Source: Octopus vulgaris (taxonomy: Eukaryota). From it: DNA of 64,000 bases. The stretch is from positions 38,068,001-38,132,000 of the forward strand of contig OX597837.1 in NCBI GenBank assembly GCA_951406725.2, in the 5' to 3' direction. Below the pieces are notes generated by a model, which was given only the letters and a program-made list of their open reading frames with translations, searched no databases and was not told the DNA's origin. How positions within the stretch are numbered: position 1 is the first letter of the stretch; each line of letters begins with the position of its first letter. Made by a program: the position numbers and the translations under genes. Of this stretch, positions 58,590 through 64,000 are shown piece after piece.

Positions 58590-58933
58590 GCAAAGTGGCA
58601 CAAACGCACACGAACAGAAAACCCTTCATACATACACTCATATATACGTATTTACATATACGCAGACCCACCCACGTTTGTATAGATATATATACGCACG
58701 AAAACACGCGCACCCATGCTCGCACAGACACAGACACAAACAAACAAATATATACACACACACACACCCAAAAAATAAAAAAAAATTATACGCATACAAA
58801 ACGTAGAAAAGTACATATATACACATGTACAAACGTACATAGATAAGTTATCGCGCCGTTATCAAATACGCCCCACACGGCGGCCATAGACACTCGCGCA
58901 CACATAAATACGAGCACACACAAACACATAGAG

Positions 58934-58975
<42 letters not shown>

Positions 58976-59223
58976 CATTATCGCCATGACTAAAAGACAA
59001 AGTGACTATTTAAAGCAAACAATATCGGAGGCAGATTCATAAAATAGATTATTGCGGGAGTAAAACAAAAGAAAATATTTTCGGTGCGAGTGTATAGGGA
59101 AGTGTGTGGGTACATGTATGAACATACGTACAAATGTATGCGTATATATATCTGTTTGCATGCGTGTGTGTGTGTGTGTGTCTTTGTGAAAGACATATAA
59201 AGAATGTGTTTTAAAGTTGTATT

Positions 59224-59258
<35 letters not shown>

Positions 59259-59336
59259 ATGTGTTCTAAATATATACTTACATATGTATATATATTTGAA
59301 TATATATATTTATATACAAATATATATATATGTATG

Positions 59337-59446
<110 letters not shown>

Positions 59447-59547
59447 AATATATATATGTTTACATTTGTAAAAGTGTATGTGTGCCTAAATTCATATGCA
59501 TGCTTGTGGCTTTCATATGTGTGTGTGTGTGTGTATGTGTGTGTGTG

Positions 59548-59656
<109 letters not shown>

Positions 59657-59993
59657 GGGTGTCTGTGCACTGATATGCTACATATATGTACTTATATAAT
59701 ATATATGTATATATATGTGTTTGTGTGTTTAGGCACATTACATATATATTTCTCTCTATAATTATATAACTGTATATATATATATATGCATATATATACG
59801 TATATATTTGTACATATATATACATATACTTTTATGTGTATATATATGTGTGTGTGCGTATGTATATATATACATACACACACATATATATGCGTATATA
59901 ATATAAAAATATATATATCATGGCTCTATATAGAAACACACACACACACACACATATATATACATACATACATACATACATATTCATTTATCT

Positions 59994-60031
<38 letters not shown>

Positions 60032-61009
60032 ATGTGCTTTTTTTTGTTTCTGAGTGTGTGTGTGCGTGTGTGTGTTTGTGTGTGTGTAAGAGTGCGTAAA
60101 AGTCTGTCGGAAGGGCGGCCATTATGATGATAAGAGAGATAACATCACATGATGACGGATCATGGTGATGGATGGGATATTGAACGCTAACAACGAACGT
60201 GGCGATGGTGGTGGTGGTGGTGGCGGTGGTGCTGGTGGTGGCGGTGGTTGACGGCGGGGGTGGCGGGGATGGTGATGATGATGGTGATGGTAGTGTTTGG
60301 TGGAAGTGGTGGTTGCGCTGCATGTGGGGATGGTGGTGGTTGTGGAGGTAGTGGTGGCGGCGGCGCTGGTGGTGGCGGTTGTGGTGGCAGGTGTGATGAT
60401 TATGATGGTAGTATCGATGAGGAGGTCTAGCGGCGTTGATTATACCGGGTGGTGAGATGATGAGGATGATGACGATGATGATGATGACGATGATGATGAC
60501 GATGATGATGACGATGATGATGACGACGACTGCGACGACGTCGACTATGATTATGATGGTAATGATGAAGTGGAGGATGATGACGACGGCGGTGATGATG
60601 ATGATGATGAGGATGATGACGACGATGATGATGATGATAATTATTATGATGATGATGATGATGACGATGATGATGATGATGATGACAACGATGATGATGA
60701 CGACGATGATGATGATGATGATGAGGATGATGACGACGACGACGATGATGATGATGATGACGACAACGATGATGATGATGATGAAAAAGATGATGACGCT
60801 GGTAATGATGGAAATAACACCAATTATCTCTAGATTTGTTCTTGAAAATTTCGTGAATGTTTTGATAAAGGCTGTCCTTCTCCACCCCTTTCGCACCCGT
60901 CCACGTGTGCACTTGCATTTATGCATATGTTTACGCATATATACACTTATACACACACACACACACACACACAGACACACACACATATATATATATCTTT
61001 TATCTTTAA

Positions 61010-61270
61010 TCTTTTGCCTGTCTCAATCATTCGCCTGCGGCCACCCTGGAGCATCGCTGTGAAGAATTTCTCTCGAATGAGTCTACTCCAGTACTTACTT
61101 GATAAACCAGATACCTATTTTATCGTTCTCTTTTGCCGAACCGCTACCTTCCCGGCCAAAGCGGTGGTGGGGGACAAATACAGACACAAACACACATGTG
61201 CGCGTGCGCGCGCGCACACACATGTATAGACGGCGGGCTTCTTTAAGTTTCTGTCTACCAAATCCACTCT
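61010..61270 (-). mobile_element. Family-A SINE, diverged partial copy
   Basis: Contains TTTTGCCGAACCGCTA and CTACCAAATCCACTC segments. Confidence 0.7.
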
Positions 61271-61299
61271 TTTGAACTCTTTGAACCATTAGCCAGTGC

Positions 61300-61950
61300 A
61301 GAATCTTGGCCTCAATTTAGATATGGTGGGGAGTACATTTATTAAAATGCAACAGCATCAAGTTTGGGCAATTCTATAAAACTGGATGTCGAAATTAGGT
61401 ACTGGCCCTTCCAGAAGTTTTCATATGTAGATTGTTACATACCTGTGGCGTCTTCGCTTTAGGGAGCAATATTGTGGTGTTTTTTTTCAGCTTCCCCCTG
61501 TAAGCTCATCTGCTGCACTGTTTCAGTCTTTTTTCATGTTGTGACCTTGGGCTACTTCAGACTCTGTTGTTATTCTGGCACTACGTGTTGGCCACAGCTG
61601 GGAGCTGTATTCCAGGCGGCTGAGAACATTGGCGTTCCACAGGGTCAACATGACTTCTTGATCGTTTGTCTAAAAGGACTTTAGTATCGATCTTTCCAGT
61701 TGTCTTCACTTTGTTGCCAGCTTGGTAATGTGAATATGAAATGGTGCAACACTGCACATACTGATCCTCAAGTCTCTCACTGTTTGTAACCCTGGGATTG
61801 CAGTAACTTCGGGGCCTGTATATGCAGGCTGCAGTGCATTTGTGAGCTGATAACGCAGTGCTTGAAATTTACCAGCATTAAACTGCATGTTGTATTCTTC
61901 AGCCCACTTATATATTGCATTAAATCATACTGGGAACTCGTCTTATCCTT
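61300..61950 (-). mobile_element. CR1-like LINE reverse transcriptase C-terminal relic
   Basis: Minus-strand translations AIYKWAEEYNMQFNAGKFQALRY, VRDLRISM, SRLEYSSQLWP, SLKRRRHRY and YI*KLLEGPVPNF; same family as 14733-15172. Confidence 0.8.
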
Positions 61951-62089
61951 TTCGGGTCCGCCACCAGTGAGCCATTCCCTTGGAACAACCATCATATCTT
62001 GTATTGTACCATGGCTATTTTCTTTGCGAATTTATAGAACGATTTCGCGTTTGTTTCTATGCTCTCCTCAAAAAGTAAAGTTAACTCTA

Positions 62090-62335
62090 CCTTCTCGAAT
62101 CATACCGACTCATAAGGGCCAGTCTCTTGGTTTCCATGGCATATATGAATTCCCCATCTCGACAGGACACCGATCCGCCGAATGCTTACTCATCTTTGCT
62201 AGCTGAGTGGACTAGAGAAACGTGAAATGAAGTGTTTTGCTCAAGAACACAACGCGTCGCTCGGTCCAGGAATCGAAACCACAATCTTACGACCATGAGT
62301 CCAACACCCAAACCACTAAGCCATGCGCCTCCACA
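62090..62335 (-). mobile_element. tRNA-derived SINE, family C
   Basis: Minus-strand head TGTGGAGGCGCATGGCTTAGTGG and GTTTCGATTCC B box-like motif; a partial plus-strand copy lies at 62870-62965. Confidence 0.75.
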
Positions 62336-62632
62336 ATGCTTTTCACAGCTCTGTTCTCTCTTTCCCCCTCTCTCTCTTCTTTCTTTTTCTTGTGAATGTT
62401 TGATTTTGTTTTCAATTCACAGGAGTGTCAGTCTGAAGTTAGACTGTGTGTATATGTAAATCTATAAGAGTCAGCCATCGCCATGCAACAGCCTGTATAG
62501 CTAAGTGAAAGCGACCTGTACCGTTCTTTCGCTGATTACTTTATGTGCGTGTGTAGTCAGAAGCAGACAGACACGCTATCAATGCTCTCACCCTTCTATC
62601 TAGGGGCACTGGTAGGGGGAGAAAGAGAAAGC

Positions 62633-62670
<38 letters not shown>

Positions 62671-63377
62671 AGGGAGAGTGGTGGTGTGTAGCTCTACTAG
62701 CACTCAGTTTGTACTCAGTTCTTACTGATGTTTAGTGAATTAATTCTTACTTAGGCGTGCTTCTCAACTACATGGTTCCGGGTTCAGTCCCACTGCGTGG
62801 CACCTTGGGCGAGTGACTTCTACTGTAGCCTCGGGCTGACCAAAGCTTTATGAGTGGATTTGGTAGATTGTGGGTTCGATATCTGGACCGGGCGACGCGT
62901 TGTGTTCTTGAGCAAAACACTTCATTTCACGTTGCTCCACTCCACTCAGCTGGCAAAAATGAGTTTAGCCTGGAGAAGGATGAGCTCCGCCAAGTTTCCC
63001 TACCCTAGACACGCTGTATGGCTGCAGCATTCCAGTGGCCCCCAAGGAGTTAAGGGACTTGTCAATTGTCATGTTCGAGAGGTTTTGATCTAAGTGCTTG
63101 GTTTTTCCTTTCTCTCAGAAGAAGGAAAAGATTGATTTTATTTACAAGGGTGGGTCGTCTGCAAAGCATGACATACTCTGGGGATTGGCACTCATGGGAA
63201 TTGAACTTGGGATCTCACGGTAGATTGCACTCGTAATACAAAAGGTAGGGCTTTGTCACGTCCATTCTTTCTGGGAATTACGTTAAGGGTACATGTGTCT
63301 GTCTGTCTGTCTTTATCTATCTATCCATCCATCCATCCATACATCTACCTATCTATATGTCTATCTGCCTGTCTGCC

Positions 63378-63468
<91 letters not shown>

Positions 63469-63473
63469 GTCTG

Positions 63474-63532
<59 letters not shown>

Positions 63533-64000
63533 CGGCATCTCTGGCTCTATGTAGACGACGGTGAACAGGTGTGGTCGCCGTTTGTGAGGCACGCTTTCCC
63601 GCAGCTCGTCTCCATGACCGAACTGCAGTCGTGGATCAAAAAGAGGCCGAGGAAGGGCGAATGGCACCGCGAGTGTCGCGTTGCTCTCAAGCAACTCTGC
63701 CGTCCTGGGTCGACCTTAAGTGACTTCAACACAACCAAAGCATTCTATAGGGGTTTAGTGGAGGGGAGGTACGACGACGAGCTCGGGGCGAACCTGGACG
63801 TCGACGAGGAGTACCTGACCCGCCTGTTCAGGACGACTTTCGGGCCAGGGCCCATGGACAACTTCCAGAGATCCCTGGCCTGGCAGTGCTACCGAGAAGC
63901 GCTACCCGTTCGGGATAAGCTCTACAGACACGGCTCGAGAAACACGGGGCCGACCTGCCCGAGATGCGGTCAGAGCGACGAAACCGTTCTGCACGCACTC
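63533..64000 (+). mobile_element. Tx1/L1-clade LINE ORF2 C-terminal region (zf-RVT-like), 5'-truncated, runs off the window
   Basis: 156 uninterrupted codons ending ...NFQRSLAWQCYREALPVRDKLYRHG...PTCPRCGQSDETVLHAL. The segment is GC-rich and starts abruptly after (TATC)n. Confidence 0.85.

Overview
AT-rich, microsatellite-saturated animal DNA; I found no supportable host protein-coding exon. The SINE families, Dong/R4, RTE and CR1 relics and very dense (TA)n/(CA)n/(TAA)n/(GAT)n/(TATC)n arrays suggest an octopus-type (coleoid cephalopod) genome; this is inference. The one clear gene is the microRNA mir-184 on the minus strand (mature arm 38969-38990). The rest is transposon debris: tRNA-derived SINEs, LINE fragments, a dead mariner, a Penelope GIY-YIG relic, a MITE and an intact-looking Tx1-like fragment. 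Short CpG-containing unique islands between these look regulatory. The most unusual signal is a set of (TA)n-embedded elements carrying minimal hammerhead-ribozyme folds: one canonical core split by a microsatellite, and others with non-canonical cores (CCGANGA twice, CUGUUGA once). Also notable are SINE concatemers with a fixed junction, a covarying 3' stem-loop shared by a SINE and a CR1-like LINE, and an orphan 72-nt hairpin. Repeat boundaries were read by eye and are approximate.
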